A stretch of DNA of 63,520 nucleotides, filler included, from Nemertoderma westbladi (taxonomy: Eukaryota > Animalia > Xenacoelomorpha), in the NCBI GenBank assembly GCA_032718475.1. It is 3 parts of 3 records of this genome, joined end to end, with 100 filler letters (N's around TTAATTAATTAA, not from the genome) between each part and the next. Parts side by side here need not be neighbours in the genome. Positions count along the whole stretch, not along the records: positions 57,235 to 63,520 come from JAUCBJ010002631.1; 2 more parts are not named here. One strand, written 5' to 3'. Every line of letters starts with the position of its first letter. Position 1 is the first letter of the stretch. Below the pieces are notes generated by a model. That model saw only the letters and a list, made by a program, of their open reading frames with translations, did no database searches and had not been told where the DNA came from. The position numbers and the translations under genes are program-made. Positions 62,341 through 63,520 of the stretch are shown here, in pieces.

Positions 62341-63520
62341 AAATAGAACCGATTTTGGAGCTTTGAGCTCTGACATATTGCCATCGGATGCGATGACACT
62401 CTGTTTATGATTTGGTCTGTAGAATTCCTAGAATTGTGTTATTGATTTTTAGCATGAAGTAGAGTTGCATACTGTTTTGTACATGTAACGTAAACGTACC
62501 ATGGAATATGCTGCAGAGAAAATTATAATGCGAATTGATTTTTTACATGTTAGTTAACAGTATACAATATCACGGACGTCATTGAATAAGCAAAGCAAGC
62601 AGCTTATCTATGTTCTATGTATATTACATTTACATATTCATATTGCTTACTTACTCACTCTAGCTTTAATCACTAAACTTACTAAACTTGTTAATTACAA
62701 AAGGTTTTAAGATATTGTTTTATCCATCTCCTCTCAGTAAGGTACCAGTAACCCAGTCTATAAGACATTAATTAATTCCGCGTTTCTCAATCTTAATTCA
62801 AACTGTAAATATACGTTAGCTATTAATTATATAAAGTTCTAGAACATGATTCTAATTTCTAGAACATTTTTAAAAGAAGTTACAAATATCCGAGTAATTT
62901 CTACTATATTTATTTTATGTTCTAAGACATAAATAAATATATAACAAAAATTAGGTAGTACTGTATATTGTGACTATCGAAAGAAATATCTCCACCATTA
63001 CGTAGATTGTGGATCCCTAGCAGAACTGTGGGAGGGGGGGGGGGGGGGGGGGGGGGGGACGCTAACCGATCTAGACGTTGGTGGTCATCTTGGTTTACTG
63101 TTAGAGACATTGAGGGAGAACAGACACTAGTTTAAGACAGTAAACATGGACTCAGACCAGCAGAAATTTGATCAATCGTATAACAATCAATTGATGTATG
63201 GTCTGGTAAATCATGTGAATGACTTTTGCTTTGATCATGGGTTCGGAGGTTTGGTAAAGAGCTGGAAAAGAGCTATGTTGTAGGGTCCGTAGGCGCCCCA
63301 ACCTCCTCCTTAGTTCAAGCCAATCAGTAGCTAGTTTGGGAATTTTTAACTACAGTACTTAAAACAGTTCTATACAATTTAAATCGATAACCTAACCTAT
63401 TTTAGAATAGTTGTAGAAACCAACTATAATTAGTGTCTGTTCGAAAATGGAATACGGATATAATACCTGAAGCAAATTAATGTGAATCAAGTTATACGTA
63501 ATTTATTTGCTGAAGGTATT

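Overview
Repeat-rich animal (invertebrate-like) nuclear DNA; the species cannot be named from sequence. The window is three pieces joined by artificial 100-bp spacers (44 N + TTAATTAATTAA + 44 N at 27273-27372 and 57135-57234), so adjacency across them is unproven. Host genes: the last three coding exons of unc-13/Munc13 (C2C domain, minus strand), an intronless CRYZL1, an intronless RNF14-like RWD-RBR ligase with one in-frame TAA, and an unrecognised ~700-aa predicted cell-surface protein with two LRR/LRRCT-like repeats. Mobile DNA: a near-intact two-ORF LINE (RTE-X-like), an intact Kolobok-type DNA transposon, a Penelope-like RT/GIY-YIG fragment, Gypsy, RTE and L2/Crack relics, hAT and Mutator non-autonomous elements with exact TSDs, HINE/DINE-like elements and tRNA-derived SINEs. 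About 18 kb is unrelated minisatellite arrays (72, 57, 43, 31, 28, 41, 33 and ~20-30 bp units). Most notable: a ~110-copy array whose first unit encodes the unc-13 C-terminus and stop codon, two minimal type I hammerhead ribozymes in Penelope-like contexts, a 28-bp array apparently expanded inside a SINE, and the duplicated LRR-like surface protein. I found no CRISPR array and cannot claim a complete new multi-gene system.
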